Assembly (NCBI GenBank): GCA_963674755.2
Contig: CAXXVS010000003.1
Span: forward strand, 1,696,001-1,760,000
Length of the DNA stretch: 64,000 bases
Reading direction: 5' to 3'
Source: Desulfobacterales bacterium
GTDB lineage: Bacteria > Desulfobacterota > Desulfobacteria > Desulfobacterales > UBA5852
Positions within the stretch are counted from its first letter, which is position 1; each line of letters opens with the position of its first letter. Shown piece by piece: positions 10,159 through 20,622 of this stretch. Under the pieces are notes generated by a model. The model searched no databases and was not told the DNA's origin. It saw nothing but the letters and a program-made list of their open reading frames with translations. The translations under genes and the position numbers were made by a program.

Positions 10159-10668
10159 ATGCAACAACATACATCGACCAAGACCCCCCTTCCGGCTGAC
10201 CGGGCGGGGAAGTACCTCACCTTCTCATTGGAGGATGAAGAATTCGGTATCGAGATCCTGCAGATCAAGGAGATCATCGGCATGATGCCGATTGCTTCGG
10301 TTCCCAAGACACCGGACTATGTCCAGGGGGTGATCAACCTGAGAGGACGAGTGATCCCCGTTATCGACCTGCGCCGGCGCTTCGGTCTGCAAGCCGTTGA
10401 AGCCAACGAACGCACCTGTATTGTGGTGGTGGAAGCTGGCGGACGGCGGTCCGGCGGGGATTTGCTCACGGGTTTAGTGGTGGATTCGGTTTCCGAGGTG
10501 GTCACCATACGCGCGGAGGATACGGAAGACGCGCCCGTATTCGGTGCCCAGATGGATACGGCCTATCTTCTCGGCATGGCCAAAATCGAAGACCGGGTCC
10601 GGCTGCTCCTCGATTTGGCGCCGGTGTTGAATATCAATGAATTGGAATCGGTCTGCAAAGCCGCTTAG
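10159..10668 (+). CDS. cheW: Chemotaxis coupling protein CheW
   Basis: 'YLTFSL..EEFGIEI', 'GVINLRGRVIPVIDLR', 'GLVVDSVSEV'. Confidence 0.95.
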   Translation: MQQHTSTKTPLPADRAGKYLTFSLEDEEFGIEILQIKEIIGMMPIASVPKTPDYVQGVINLRGRVIPVIDLRRRFGLQAVEANERTCIVVVEAGGRRSGGDLLTGLVVDSVSEVVTIRAEDTEDAPVFGAQMDTAYLLGMAKIEDRVRLLLDLAPVLNINELESVCKAA

Positions 10669-10708
10669 CGGCCATGTTTGATTATGCAGAGCTGAAAACG
10701 AAAGGAAA

Positions 10709-12619
10709 ATGAAAATGATGTCACATTGGGGTATCGGAAAGAAAATTATGGCGGGTTTCGCCCTTGTACTGTTGCTCATGCTGGTAGTGGGTGGCATTGC
10801 CTACTGGGGACTTTCTTCGGCTTCGAGCGGTTTTACCGAATATCGTGAAATGGCCCGCGATGCCAACCTGGCCGGCGAACTGCAAGCCAACATGCTGATG
10901 GTGCGTATGAACGTCAAGGATTTCCTCATCAGTGGCAGCCAGAAGGACATTGACCAATACCAGGAATATCTAGAGCAAATGAACGGTTTTCTTGAAACCG
11001 CGCAGATGGAGATCAAGGACCCCGAGCGTGCACGCTGGATCGACGAGATTGACGATGCCTTGAAAGAATATTCGGCCAGCTTCGACAAAGTAGCCTTATT
11101 GATGAAGGAGAGAAACAGACTTGTGCATGAAGTCTTGGACATCAAGGGCCCTGCCCTAGAGGCCAACCTGACCGACATCATGACCAGCGCCGATGAAGAT
11201 CAGGTTACTGCGGGCGCCTTCCACGGCGGACTGGCTCTGAAGCGCCTGCTGCTGGCCCGTCTCTACGCCGTCAAGTTTCTCGACAGCAATGACGCGAAGA
11301 CTGTCGATCGGGTTAGCGAAGAGTTCAGCAAGATGCAGGCCCAGCTCGACACCCTGGAAAAGGAGTTGCGGAATCCGACGCGTCGAAAACTATTGGAAGA
11401 CGTTTCAGAAGGCAAACAAATTTATGCGAAGGCTTTCTCCGAGTTAGTGAACGTGATCAATGAACGCAACACGATCATCAGTGGAACACTTGATCGCATA
11501 GGTCCGGAAGTCGCGGCCGGTGTAGAGCATGTTAAGAAGGATATTAAGGGCGTCCAAGACACGCTTGGTCCGAAACTAGTCGCCAACAACAACCGTGCCG
11601 TCACCCTGATGATCATCATCAGTGTCGCCGCCCTGGTTCTGGGCACCTTCCTGGCCGTGGTGATCACGCGCGGCATTACCGGACCGTTGAACCGGACCAT
11701 CGAGGGGCTTTCCTCGGGTGCCGAGCAGGTGGCCTCGGCCTCGGAACAAGTGTCGGCCTCGAGCCAGTCCTTGGCCGAAGGCGCCTCGGAGCAGGCGGCC
11801 GCCATTGAGGAGACTTCCGCTTCACTGGAAGAAATGGCTGCCATGACCAAACAGAACGCCGATAACGCCGGCCAGGCCAATGCCATAATGAAAACCACCG
11901 ACAAGGACGTGAACGCCGCCACGACCGCCATGACCGATCTAACCGTCTCCATGCAGGCCATCAACGATGCCAGCGAGGAGACCCAGAAGATCGTCAAGAC
12001 CATCGACGAGATCGCGTTTCAGACCAACCTGCTGGCCCTGAACGCGGCCGTGGAAGCGGCTCGGGCCGGTGAAGCCGGGGCCGGGTTTGCCGTGGTGGCC
12101 GACGAGGTCCGTAACCTGGCCATGCGGGCCGCAGAAGCGGCCAAGACCACGGCCGGACTGATCGAGGGTACGGTCAAGAAGGTCGGTGACGGTTCCGATC
12201 TGGTTTCCCGCACCGGCGAAGCCTTCAGCCAAGTGGCGGCCGGTTCCGCCAAGATCGGGGATCTGGTGGCTGAAATTGCGGCTGCTTCGACCGAACAAGC
12301 ACAGGGCATCGAACAGGTCAACCGGGCCGCCTCGGAAATGGACAAAGTGACCCAACAAAACGCTGCCAATGCCGAGGAATCGGCCAGTGCTTCGGAAGAG
12401 CTGACCTCACAGGCCGAGCAGATGAACGCCTATGTCCAGGAATTGCTATCACTGGTGGACGGTGGCGGCCGGCGGGGTATGGATGGGGCTCCCATGGGCC
12501 GCCCTAAGCTGATCAAGAAAGTCGTCGGGCAAGCCATCGCGAGACAGGTTGCCCATCGGGCAAGCCGAAACGATGCGGTGATCCCGCTGGAAGACGACGA
12601 AGTGCTGAAAGCTTTTTAA
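10709..12619 (+). CDS. Methyl-accepting chemotaxis protein with a large helical (HBM-like) periplasmic sensor
   Basis: Two TMs, hairpin tip '[37 protein letters not shown]', acidic C-tail ending VLKAF. Confidence 0.95.
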   Translation: MKMMSHWGIGKKIMAGFALVLLLMLVVGGIAYWGLSSASSGFTEYREMARDANLAGELQANMLMVRMNVKDFLISGSQKDIDQYQEYLEQMNGFLETAQMEIKDPERARWIDEIDDALKEYSASFDKVALLMKERNRLVHEVLDIKGPALEANLTDIMTSADEDQVTAGAFHGGLALKRLLLARLYAVKFLDSNDAKTVDRVSEEFSKMQAQLDTLEKELRNPTRRKLLEDVSEGKQIYAKAFSELVNVINERNTIISGTLDRIGPEVAAGVEHVKKDIKGVQDTLGPKLVANNNRAVTLMIIISVAALVLGTFLAVVITRGITGPLNRTIEGLSSGAEQVASASEQVSASSQSLAEGASEQAAAIEETSASLEEMAAMTKQNADNAGQANAIMKTTDKDVNAATTAMTDLTVSMQAINDASEETQKIVKTIDEIAFQTNLLALNAAVEAARAGEAGAGFAVVADEVRNLAMRAAEAAKTTAGLIEGTVKKVGDGSDLVSRTGEAFSQVAAGSAKIGDLVAEIAAASTEQAQGIEQVNRAASEMDKVTQQNAANAEESASASEELTSQAEQMNAYVQELLSLVDGGGRRGMDGAPMGRPKLIKKVVGQAIARQVAHRASRNDAVIPLEDDEVLKAF

Positions 12620-12645
12620 GCCGCTTTCACCATAGGATAACATAG

Positions 12646-12674
12646 AGGCCGGCTTCGAAGGGAGCCGGCCTTTT
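12646..12674 (+). terminator. Rho-independent terminator
   Basis: AGGCCGGCT...AGCCGGCCT stem followed by TTT, after the MCP gene. Confidence 0.75.
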
Positions 12675-12773
12675 CCAGGGATACGGAGGATCCGTTCAGA
12701 CCCTCAGGTTAATCGCCACTGGTTTCCATAGCCATCTCACCATGAGACTGTCCCAATCCTTTGGCGACAAGCA

Positions 12774-13416
12774 CGCTCCCGGACGGTGGCCATGGACAGC
12801 GAGGCCATGGAGTCCGTCGAAGCCACCCGTCTGCGGGGCGAGGGCACCAGGTGGCGCATACGCCACGAGATCTTGCCCAATGCCATGCAGCCGCCACTGG
12901 CGGCGGAGTTCGGGCTATGGTTCTGCTTCATCTTTCTGTTTATTGCCGCCTTGAGTTTTCTGGGCCTCGGCATCGAGCTCCTCCTCACACACACGGCGGA
13001 TTGGGGCAGCATGGTGTGCGAGAATGCCGGCACCGTCAACTGCTACCCCACCGAATTGTCCGGCGGGAAGAAACAGCGCATCCGCATCGCCCGCGCGCTG
13101 GCGGCCGCGCCTGAACTTATCATTTGCGACGAGGTTACCTCGGCCCCCGACCAACTGGTGGCGGAAGGCATCCAGCGATTGTTGCAGGATTTGCAGAACA
13201 ACCTCAAGGTATCCTACCTTTTCATCACCCATGACCTGGCCACCGTAAAGGCCATTGCCGACGAGATTGTCGTCATGCTTCGGGGGCGGGTGGTGGAGAA
13301 GGGCCGCCGGAAGGAAGTGCTGGCGCCGCCACCACGAATACACCGAACGCTTGTTGGCTTCGGTGCCGGAAATGGACCCCGACTGGCTCGACAATCTCCT
13401 TGAAGAGCGGGCTTGA
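12774..13416 (+). pseudogene. Chimeric relic of a peptide ABC transporter: DppC-like permease C-terminus fused to DppD/F-like ATPase C-terminus
   Basis: 'ESVEATRLRGEG...EILPNAM...LSFLGLG...ADWGSMV' joined directly to 'ELSGGKKQRIRIARAL...ICDEVTSA...ITHDL'. No Walker A. A frameshift near 13330 precedes 'HHEYTERLLASVPEMDPDWL...ERA*'. Confidence 0.85.
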
Positions 13417-13716
13417 CCGCCTGCTCCGCCGGTTTTTTGCGGTCGGATTATAATATCCTCGGCATCCATGGCGGTCGGAGCACCGTTGCCGGCGGTGAGT
13501 ACCCGGCCCGACCGAACAGCTGATCGTATGGCCCATTCCACGGAACTTGTCTCCCTACCACCCATCGTTCGGACACCCTCCCACGCGCCGCTTGCATCCC
13601 ATTCGTGACGCATTACGTTTGCATATTGCCGCAGGCCGGTGCCCCAGCGCTGCTAAGAGGCACCAATGGCATGCGGCCACCTATTGTTCGTATTCGTTTA
13701 AGACAGGAGGACTGTG

Positions 13717-14004
13717 ATGAAAACCGATCCTTGCCGCATCTCACAGGATGAGAAACAGCGGATGATCGCCAACGCCGCCTATTTCCGGGCGGTACGCATG
13801 GGTTTGGGCCATACGGATCCTGTGGCGGATTGGCTGGCGGCCGAAGCCGAGATCGAGAACGCGATTAAAACCGGCTGCCGCCGGAGCCTTTCGTTTCCCC
13901 AAAAAAAACGGAGCCAACGCGCGGGACTGCTCGATGCCGTTACCGGATGGATGTATCGCGTGACGACCCGCCACCGTCCCGAACCGCACAGCCGCATCGA
14001 ATAG
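13717..14004 (+). CDS. DUF2934-like small protein
   Basis: 'RMIANAAYFRA..G....DPVADWLAAEAEI' pattern. SD AGGAGG. Confidence 0.75.
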   Translation: MKTDPCRISQDEKQRMIANAAYFRAVRMGLGHTDPVADWLAAEAEIENAIKTGCRRSLSFPQKKRSQRAGLLDAVTGWMYRVTTRHRPEPHSRIE

Positions 14005-14192
14005 GGACGGGGGATGCGGCAGTTGCAACGGGGACGGCCAAGCGTGATCGTGCCGCTGCCTTGTAGCCTGACGCGCAGCATAAAACGGTGCTCCCTGCCA
14101 GGGCAGCGGTCTTCTTATGGGAGCATCCCCTTGTAAAAATTGATAGGCTGATTCGATTCCGGAGGGGAGCGGTTCACGATGAACAGGGTGCC

Positions 14193-14822
14193 CTAACGTT
14201 GGCGTCCGCCTGGATGCCGGGGATGCCCTGCGGCCCCGACGGCATAGGGCCGCCGGGCGAAACCGATGGGGCCGAGAGGCAGATGGATGGCGCCCAGGTG
14301 GAAGGGATGCACCGTCAAGGATGGGCGGCCTGAACCATGGCCCGGGCGATGATTCGACCGGTAGCGGGACGGTTTGGGGCGGTAATGCGGCCCACCGTAG
14401 GGCCGGTATCCATAAGTCGTGACCGGAATGAGGTAGCGGCGGTTCGCTGCCCAGCGCGCATAGCGCGCCTCCACGGCTGCCAGGCGCTGTTCGGTCTCTT
14501 GCAGGACTTGTTGTGTCTTTTGTTCCGTTTCGGCAAGGCGGCGTTCCAATTCCGCCCTCTGGTCAGCCTTCTGGCGGGCTAATTGGGCTTCGCGTTCGCG
14601 GAGCAGCATCTGCTGTTTTTCAGCCTCCTGCCGGGCCTGAACGGTCGCCTCATCGGAACCCCCTTCTTCCGTCGGGATGAGAACCTCGGCATGGGCGGGC
14701 GGATTCAGATTGGAAATATGCCGGATACCGTCCGCATCCTTCCAGCTATAGATATCGGCCCATGCGTGCGGGATCCATAGGGTGCTCACTAAAATACAGA
14801 TCCAATAGTTTCTGGTTTGCAT
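14193..14822 (-). CDS. Secreted DUF4124-domain protein with coiled coil
   Basis: Signal peptide, then 'ADIYSWKDADGIRHISNLNPP'. SD GGAGG. Confidence 0.8.
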   Translation of the reverse strand: MQTRNYWICILVSTLWIPHAWADIYSWKDADGIRHISNLNPPAHAEVLIPTEEGGSDEATVQARQEAEKQQMLLREREAQLARQKADQRAELERRLAETEQKTQQVLQETEQRLAAVEARYARWAANRRYLIPVTTYGYRPYGGPHYRPKPSRYRSNHRPGHGSGRPSLTVHPFHLGAIHLPLGPIGFARRPYAVGAAGHPRHPGGRQR

Positions 14823-15038
14823 GGGAACCTCCCTTCGGTGGGTTGCGACTCACCAATGACCGACATCAATCCCTTGGCGTTCACCTCTAAACGGGATGCT
14901 ATCCATCATTGTTCCCGCTGACAACGGCGGAAAGAAGCGGGCTAACCGGAAGCATGTCGCTACGCTTTTTACCCCTTTAAGGAATAAGACGCCCCAAGCG
15001 GATAAAGCGTCTACATCGCAGGGCAGAGGGCGGTAATT

Positions 15039-16541
15039 TCAGGGCCTGTATGGCCCATCGTTGCGGCCTGTGTCCCGTCCCCGGAGATAGGCCACCAGGA
15101 TGCCGACCGCGGCCACCGCGGCCCCGGCCAGCATGGCCTGCCGGAAGGCGGCCATGAAGGCTGGCGCCAGGGCGGGGGTGTATCGCTTCAGATCGTGTCC
15201 GCCGTTGAGGTGCCGGAAGGTGTTGTTGAAAATCAGGCCGGCCGCCGCCACGCCGATGACCATGCCCAGGTTGCGTGCCGTGGCCACGCTGCCCGAGGCG
15301 ATCCCGCGGTGCTGCGGCGGGACGGCGCTCATGGCGGCGGCGCTGTTGGGGGAGATAAAAACGGCAATCCCGATGCCGGCCAGGGCGAGCCGCCAGGCCA
15401 TATCCAGGGTGGTCGCCTGGGCCGAGAGGCGGGAGAGCAGGAAGAGGGCTACGGCCATCAGGGCCATGCCCGCGGTGCAGAGCAGCCGGGATCCCATCCG
15501 GTCCGAGAGCGCACCGGCGATGGGGGCGCAAAAGAACAGCAAGACAAAGGGAATCATCATGGTGAGGCCCACATGGTTCATGGAAAAGGCCAGGGGATGA
15601 ACCATGTAGAACGGCATGAGGAAGGTGATGAAAAACAGGCTGATAAACACCACCACGGCCGCCACGACCGAGAAGACAAAGAGTCTGATCCTGAGAAGGG
15701 AGGGCGTGAAAATGGGGTGGGCGCTGTGGGTTTCCACCCATGCTAAAGCGGCCGCGCTCGACAGGAAAAGGAACACAGCCAGGCCTATCTTGATCGAGGT
15801 CGCCCCCCATTGATGGAAGTGGCTCAGGCCCGTGATAAAAGCGCTGAAGCAGATCACCAGCAGCAGGGCCCCGGTCCAGTCCAGGGGAGCATGGTGCCGG
15901 GTGACCGGCTTGCGGGGGAGAATCCGCAGGGCCGCGATGGTGACCACGATGCCGATGGGCACATTGATGTAGAAGATAACCCGCCAAGGGAAATGCTCCA
16001 GGAGCAGGCCGCCCAGAGCGGGGCCTGTTGTCAGGCCGGCCGCCACCACCATGCCGACCATGCCCAGGATGCGCCCTCTTTCGGAGAGGGGGAAGGCATC
16101 CACCACCAGGGCCTGGGAACAGGCCATCAGCATGGCCGCCCCCGCCCCCTGCAAGCTCCGCGCGGCAATGAGCCCCGTCGCACCGCCTGCCAGGCCACAC
16201 AGCAGCGAGCCCGCGGAAAAAATGATGAAGCCGCTGCAGTACACCAGCCGCCGTCCCCGGATGTCGCTGAGCCGGCCGAAGGTCAGCAGCAGCGATGAGA
16301 CGGTCAGGAGGTAGATCATGGGGACCCATTCGATCAGGGCCAGGGTTACCTGAAAGTCGTCCATGATGGCCGGCAGGGCGATATTGACGATGCTCGAGTC
16401 CAGGGTGGACATGAACACCCCGGCGGCCACCAGGGCGAAAACCAGCCATTTGGACGGGAATGCGGTCGTCGTGGGCTCATGGGGGCGATCGGTTGTATCG
16501 CAGGCGTTGGAAGTATCGTCCACTGTGCGTCCGTCCAGCAT
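15039..16541 (-). CDS. MFS drug:H+ antiporter, DHA2 (EmrB/QacA-like); start uncertain
   Basis: 'FMSTLDSSIVNIALP', motif A 'GRLSDIRGRR', 'GPALGG', many TM segments. Confidence 0.92.
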   Translation of the reverse strand: MLDGRTVDDTSNACDTTDRPHEPTTTAFPSKWLVFALVAAGVFMSTLDSSIVNIALPAIMDDFQVTLALIEWVPMIYLLTVSSLLLTFGRLSDIRGRRLVYCSGFIIFSAGSLLCGLAGGATGLIAARSLQGAGAAMLMACSQALVVDAFPLSERGRILGMVGMVVAAGLTTGPALGGLLLEHFPWRVIFYINVPIGIVVTIAALRILPRKPVTRHHAPLDWTGALLLVICFSAFITGLSHFHQWGATSIKIGLAVFLFLSSAAALAWVETHSAHPIFTPSLLRIRLFVFSVVAAVVVFISLFFITFLMPFYMVHPLAFSMNHVGLTMMIPFVLLFFCAPIAGALSDRMGSRLLCTAGMALMAVALFLLSRLSAQATTLDMAWRLALAGIGIAVFISPNSAAAMSAVPPQHRGIASGSVATARNLGMVIGVAAAGLIFNNTFRHLNGGHDLKRYTPALAPAFMAAFRQAMLAGAAVAAVGILVAYLRGRDTGRNDGPYRP

Positions 16542-16715
16542 TGAAAAGGTTCGTTCAAGTCGGAAAATGGGTTGGCGCTTGCCGCCCTTATGGTGGCCTT
16601 CCCCATAGACGACCGTGGCGGAAGGATCGCGCTGCCCTCCCCTTCTTTATTACACGCCTTCACGGTGGAATGACAAGGACGCTCTGGACCGCCGCTACTT
16701 ACCCTGCGTTTCGCG

Positions 16716-16745
16716 CCACAGGGCGGTCGACCGACCGCCCTGTGG
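16716..16745. other. Perfect 14-bp hairpin (terminator- or REP-like)
   Basis: CCACAGGGCGGTCG-AC-CGACCGCCCTGTGG just downstream of the minus-strand gene ending at 16772. No U-tract. Confidence 0.5.
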
Positions 16746-16771
16746 GGGTGAGGCCATGAGCGGGTGCGTCA

Positions 16772-17092
16772 TCAATCTTCCATCAGATAAAACCCGGCGA
16801 TAATCAAACCGCTTACGATGATGGCGCTCACGATCATAGCGATAAAGCGATTGGGATCCATCCGAAGGCCCTGTTTAGCGTTGATCTGGGCCAAACCATA
16901 GCCTACGGCCAGAAAGACGATGATGGCGATCAAACCATGTGTGGCCCAGTGGTGTCCGGTCGCCTTCGCCATCCAGCCAAGCAGACTTTTATTGGATTCT
17001 TTCAAGACGACCAGAACAGCGCTGAAGAGGCTGGTTACCGCCAGTGACACTCCAAAAGCGATCGTATACTTGCCGATATCATTCGTTTCCAT
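16772..17092 (-). CDS. Small 3-TM membrane protein with GHHWATHG motif
   Basis: ATG at 17092 with SD GAGGGAGG, three hydrophobic helices, co-oriented with the upstream gene. Confidence 0.75.
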   Translation of the reverse strand: METNDIGKYTIAFGVSLAVTSLFSAVLVVLKESNKSLLGWMAKATGHHWATHGLIAIIVFLAVGYGLAQINAKQGLRMDPNRFIAMIVSAIIVSGLIIAGFYLMED

Positions 17093-17108
17093 GTCGAACC
17101 TCCCTCTT

Positions 17109-17564
17109 CTATTGCTGCAGCAGGGCAACCTTTACGCCCAATCCGATGATCGCACCGGCCCCATCCATCGCCACGCCGATCAATATGATCAGACCGGTCA
17201 CCCAGAGCACCACCTTGCGGGTCGCCTTGTTCAGGTCCAGATTGTGCCACGCGGCGATCGGCAGATAAGTGGTCAATAGGAGCAGCATGATCACCACATG
17301 CTCCTTCATTTCCATGAAGAAACTGTGCGAAAACGGCCACGGTCCCGCGAGGATTCTGGCCTTGTCGGCGCCGTAGAAAACGACATACCAATAGCCCCCG
17401 ATAAGATACGCCAGCCACATGGCCAGGGGGATGAGGACGCTTAGGGTTCTGATGCGGGACCGATTGGCGTCGTTCGCGTTGAGGACGTCCACAAATAGCC
17501 AGACAGCGCCTAGGATGCACAGCATGCCGAAGATGACGTGAGTCATCAAAATGATTTCAGTCAT
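17109..17564 (-). CDS. 4-TM membrane protein with 'PWPFSHSFFMEMKEH' motif
   Basis: SD GAGGTGG, four hydrophobic helices, His in TM1 and a HxxxxExKEH segment. Confidence 0.8.
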   Translation of the reverse strand: MTEIILMTHVIFGMLCILGAVWLFVDVLNANDANRSRIRTLSVLIPLAMWLAYLIGGYWYVVFYGADKARILAGPWPFSHSFFMEMKEHVVIMLLLLTTYLPIAAWHNLDLNKATRKVVLWVTGLIILIGVAMDGAGAIIGLGVKVALLQQ

Positions 17565-18164
17565 GATCCACCTCTCTTGTCGGATAACCCGTCACAACGC
17601 GCCTGCTGTTCAGATGGCGTCGCGGTAAGCATCGCAAGGGCGTTGCGCCAGAGTCTTGGGTTTAAACGAGAGGGATTAAAACCGGGTAAAACAAAAAGAA
17701 GGGAAAAACATGGGGAGGCGTATTTGGAGACAGACGGGAGGACCGAAGGCCCGGTCCGCTGAATCTCTGGCCGAGATACAAAAGTTGCGGTGTGCGCAAA
17801 AGTCTCTATCAAACGGAATTGGTACGTCTTTCTATTTTATCATTTTTTTATCCCCCAAAGTTCTTCTTGATCGCGCATGCCTCAAAATGGATCTATGCGC
17901 CGTCAATTGTGCATGGAAACCATGCGATAAAAATAGCTTATGCACATTTGGACGGCTGTCAATAGACCCCCCCAAAACAGAGTCCGGCCGTGAGCATGGA
18001 ATCGAGGACGGCCGGTCACCGGCAACCTTGGAGCCCGGGGGACGCCCTGTCCGGGAAAAGAGCCTTTGACGCCTCAGAGGTACTCAAAGGCGGCGGGGAT
18101 GGTTTCCACGGCAGATGGTGCCCGTTTGGCCGAATTGCCGCCGCCGCGCTCTCAAATTGCCTCG

Positions 18165-18518
18165 TTAGACCGCCCAGCGCTTGTGCACATCTTCATAATG
18201 GGCAATTTTCCGGCGGCTGCCGATAGCGAAGGGGATCCGCTGGGGCACCGTCTGGGGGATGACTTCCAGAACGGATTGGGTGCCGGTGGCCGCTACGCCG
18301 CCAGCATGGCCAGGGGGGCGCACTCATAGAGCAGGCGCAGTTTTCCCTCGGGCCGTTGGTTATTCTGGAGATTGGGGGTAGAAATAGATGCTGCCGCGGT
18401 GCAGGATCTGGTGCAGATCGGCGGCCAGCGCCCCCGAATAGCCCAGCGTATGCCGCCCGCCGCCCTCCGTCATCAGGCCCTGCCAAAAGTTCTCGGCCGG
18501 TTTGTACCAGCCCTGATC
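18165..18518 (-). pseudogene. fbp: Class I fructose-1,6-bisphosphatase C-terminal relic
   Basis: Manual translation across frames gives 'YSGALAADLHQILHRGSIYFYP', 'PEGKLRLLYECAPLAML' and 'TGTQSVLEVIPQTVPQRIPFAIGS', interrupted by stops and frameshifts. Confidence 0.85.
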
Positions 18519-18583
18519 TATACCCTCAATAGGGTGTGGGCTGACGTTCAGGGCTTTATTCCCAAAATTCCGGTTCCAAACTT

Positions 18584-18734
18584 GACGGTTTCGTAAAAAG
18601 TCCGATATCGGCGTTACGCTTCATCTTTCGTCACTGCGGCGTACGCTAAGTACGCCTCATTCCTCAAGATTCGCAAGCCTTGATCTCGAACATTTTACGA
18701 AACCGTCTGAACAGTGACTTTTTACGAGTCCATC
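18584..18734. mobile_element. MITE-like element (family A)
   Basis: Inverted ends GACGGTTTCGTAAAAAGTC / GACTTTTTACGAGTCCATC, an internal copy of the end at 18693-18707, flanking AAACTT direct repeats, and an inverted second copy at 41069-41190. Confidence 0.8.
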
Positions 18735-18960
18735 AAACTTCGGGGCGGCGCCCTTTTTCGGTTCCATCCACCGATCCCCATCCATGTCGGCGAGAAGCTC
18801 CGGTAGGGTATACACACTTTGCGCCTGCGGAATTGGGTGAATCCTGTATTTAATTTTCCGCCGCTTGCAGTAAAGAAAACCAGCAAGGGTAAGGGTCGCA
18901 CCGCGCCCTGCCTCACGTTCTCCGTTTGAAACCCACACGAACCGCTAAAGGGAAATTCGC

Positions 18961-19386
18961 ATGCAACTCGTCCAATTGTGGCCACTGGTACTCTTTCTGG
19001 TTTTGTCAGTGCTGGTGGTGGGCGGCATGCTGATCCTTTCGTCCGTTCTGGGACAGCGCCATTCCGGCGGGGCCGCAGCGGAAACCTACGAGTCCGGCAT
19101 CGTGTCCACCGGCAGCGCGCGCATGCGCTTCAGCGCCAAGTTTTATCTGATGGCCATGTTCTTCGTCGTTTTCGACCTGGAAGCGGTCTTCATCTATGCC
19201 TATGCGGTGGCCTTTCGGGAACTGGGCTGGTCCGGCTACGTCGAAATCGTCATTTTTATCGCGGTCCTGGGCGCGGCGCTTTTCTACCTCTGGCGCGACG
19301 GCGCACTGGAGTGGGGGCCCCAGGGCAGCCGGGTAAAGCATTGCCCCGGCCTTGGCACAGGGAATTCCAAAACCATCGAACCTTAA
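18961..19386 (+). CDS. nuoA: NADH-quinone oxidoreductase subunit A
   Basis: 'YESGI...RFSAKFYLMAMFFVVFDLEAVF', 'GALEW'. Confidence 0.95.
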   Translation: MQLVQLWPLVLFLVLSVLVVGGMLILSSVLGQRHSGGAAAETYESGIVSTGSARMRFSAKFYLMAMFFVVFDLEAVFIYAYAVAFRELGWSGYVEIVIFIAVLGAALFYLWRDGALEWGPQGSRVKHCPGLGTGNSKTIEP

Positions 19387-19405
19387 CACCAGCGACGGTC
19401 GAACC

Positions 19406-19843
19406 ATGAAAAATGCAGGCGACATCTTAAGGGAAAAAGGGGCCGAGACGTATACCACCGATCCGGCCAGCACGGTTTTTCACGCGCTGGAACTGATGGC
19501 CGCCAAGGACATTGGCGCCCTGCTGGTCTTCGACGGCGGCCGGATGGTGGGGCTGATTTCCGAGCGGGACTATGCCCGCAAGGTCATCCTGAAACATAAA
19601 TTCTCCAAGGACACGCCTGTGGCGGACATCATGACCAAGGATGTGATCACCGTAACGCCGGCCACGGACCTGGAAATCTGTATGGAACTCATCACCCATC
19701 ACCGCGTACGCCACCTGCCCGTGGTGGAGGAGGGCGAAGTGGTGGGCATCGTTTCCATCGGCGACATCGTCAAAGGCATCATCGAACACAAAGAATTCAT
19801 TATTGCGCAGCTCGAGACCTACATCAAAGGGGGACACGGGTAG
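19406..19843 (+). CDS. Stand-alone CBS-pair protein
   Basis: 'IGALLV...GLISERDYARKV', 'VADIMT', 'RHLPVV...GIVSIGDIVK'. Confidence 0.9.
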   Translation: MKNAGDILREKGAETYTTDPASTVFHALELMAAKDIGALLVFDGGRMVGLISERDYARKVILKHKFSKDTPVADIMTKDVITVTPATDLEICMELITHHRVRHLPVVEEGEVVGIVSIGDIVKGIIEHKEFIIAQLETYIKGGHG

Positions 19844-19977
19844 CGCGGCCGACCCCAAGGGGGCGATCCGGCGCAGCGACGCCCGATGTGGCCGGAGGCC
19901 TCTTTTCCAGAGACGTGGTCCCTTCCCATGTTCAGAACCGGCCGCTTGTTTAGCGGTCCATAAAGGGTAGCAGACGT

Positions 19978-20622
19978 ATGCGATGGTGGGTAACTAAAGC
20001 CGGTACGGCCACGGAAGACGATGCCGCGCAAGAGATGGTCCGACGTCATCTGGTGTTCGGCAAGCTGCAGGACCTTCTGGGATGGGGGCGCAAGTACTCC
20101 CTCTGGCCCTTCAACTTCGGTTTGTCCTGCTGCTATGTGGAGATGGCCACCAGCCTGACCAGCCGCTACGACATCGCCCGTTTCGGCGCCGAGGTGATTC
20201 GGGGAACGCCGCGGGAAGCGGATGTGATGATTATTGCCGGCACCCCCTTTGTCAAATGCGCCCCGTTGATCCGCAGGCTCTATGAACAGATGATGGAGCC
20301 GCGCTGGGTGATTTCCATGGGATCATGCGCCAACTCCGGCGGCATGTACGACATTTACAGCGTTGTCCAGGGCGTGGACAAGATCCTGCCCGTGGACGTC
20401 TATGTGCCCGGATGCCCGCCCAGCCCGGGGGCTTTCATGGAAGGCTTGCTCCTGCTGCAGGAAGCCGTCCAAAAGGACCGCCGCCCGGTGAGTTGGGTGG
20501 TGGGACCTCAGGAGACCGTCCGGGCGCCGCGGCCGTCCCTGCGCGACCTCAAACGCGAGGCCCGCCGGCAAACGACCAGCCTGCGCTCGCCCGACAGGCT
20601 GGAGGAGGGGGAAGATGGCTGA
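19978..20622 (+). CDS. nuoB: NADH-quinone oxidoreductase subunit B
   Basis: '[10 protein letters not shown]', '[10 protein letters not shown]', 'VYVPGCPP'. Confidence 0.96.
   Translation: MRWWVTKAGTATEDDAAQEMVRRHLVFGKLQDLLGWGRKYSLWPFNFGLSCCYVEMATSLTSRYDIARFGAEVIRGTPREADVMIIAGTPFVKCAPLIRRLYEQMMEPRWVISMGSCANSGGMYDIYSVVQGVDKILPVDVYVPGCPPSPGAFMEGLLLLQEAVQKDRRPVSWVVGPQETVRAPRPSLRDLKREARRQTTSLRSPDRLEEGEDG

Noticed and set aside
18657..18985. Minus-strand ORFs upstream of nuoA
   Set aside because: They run through the MITE and promoter region with no recognisable motifs.
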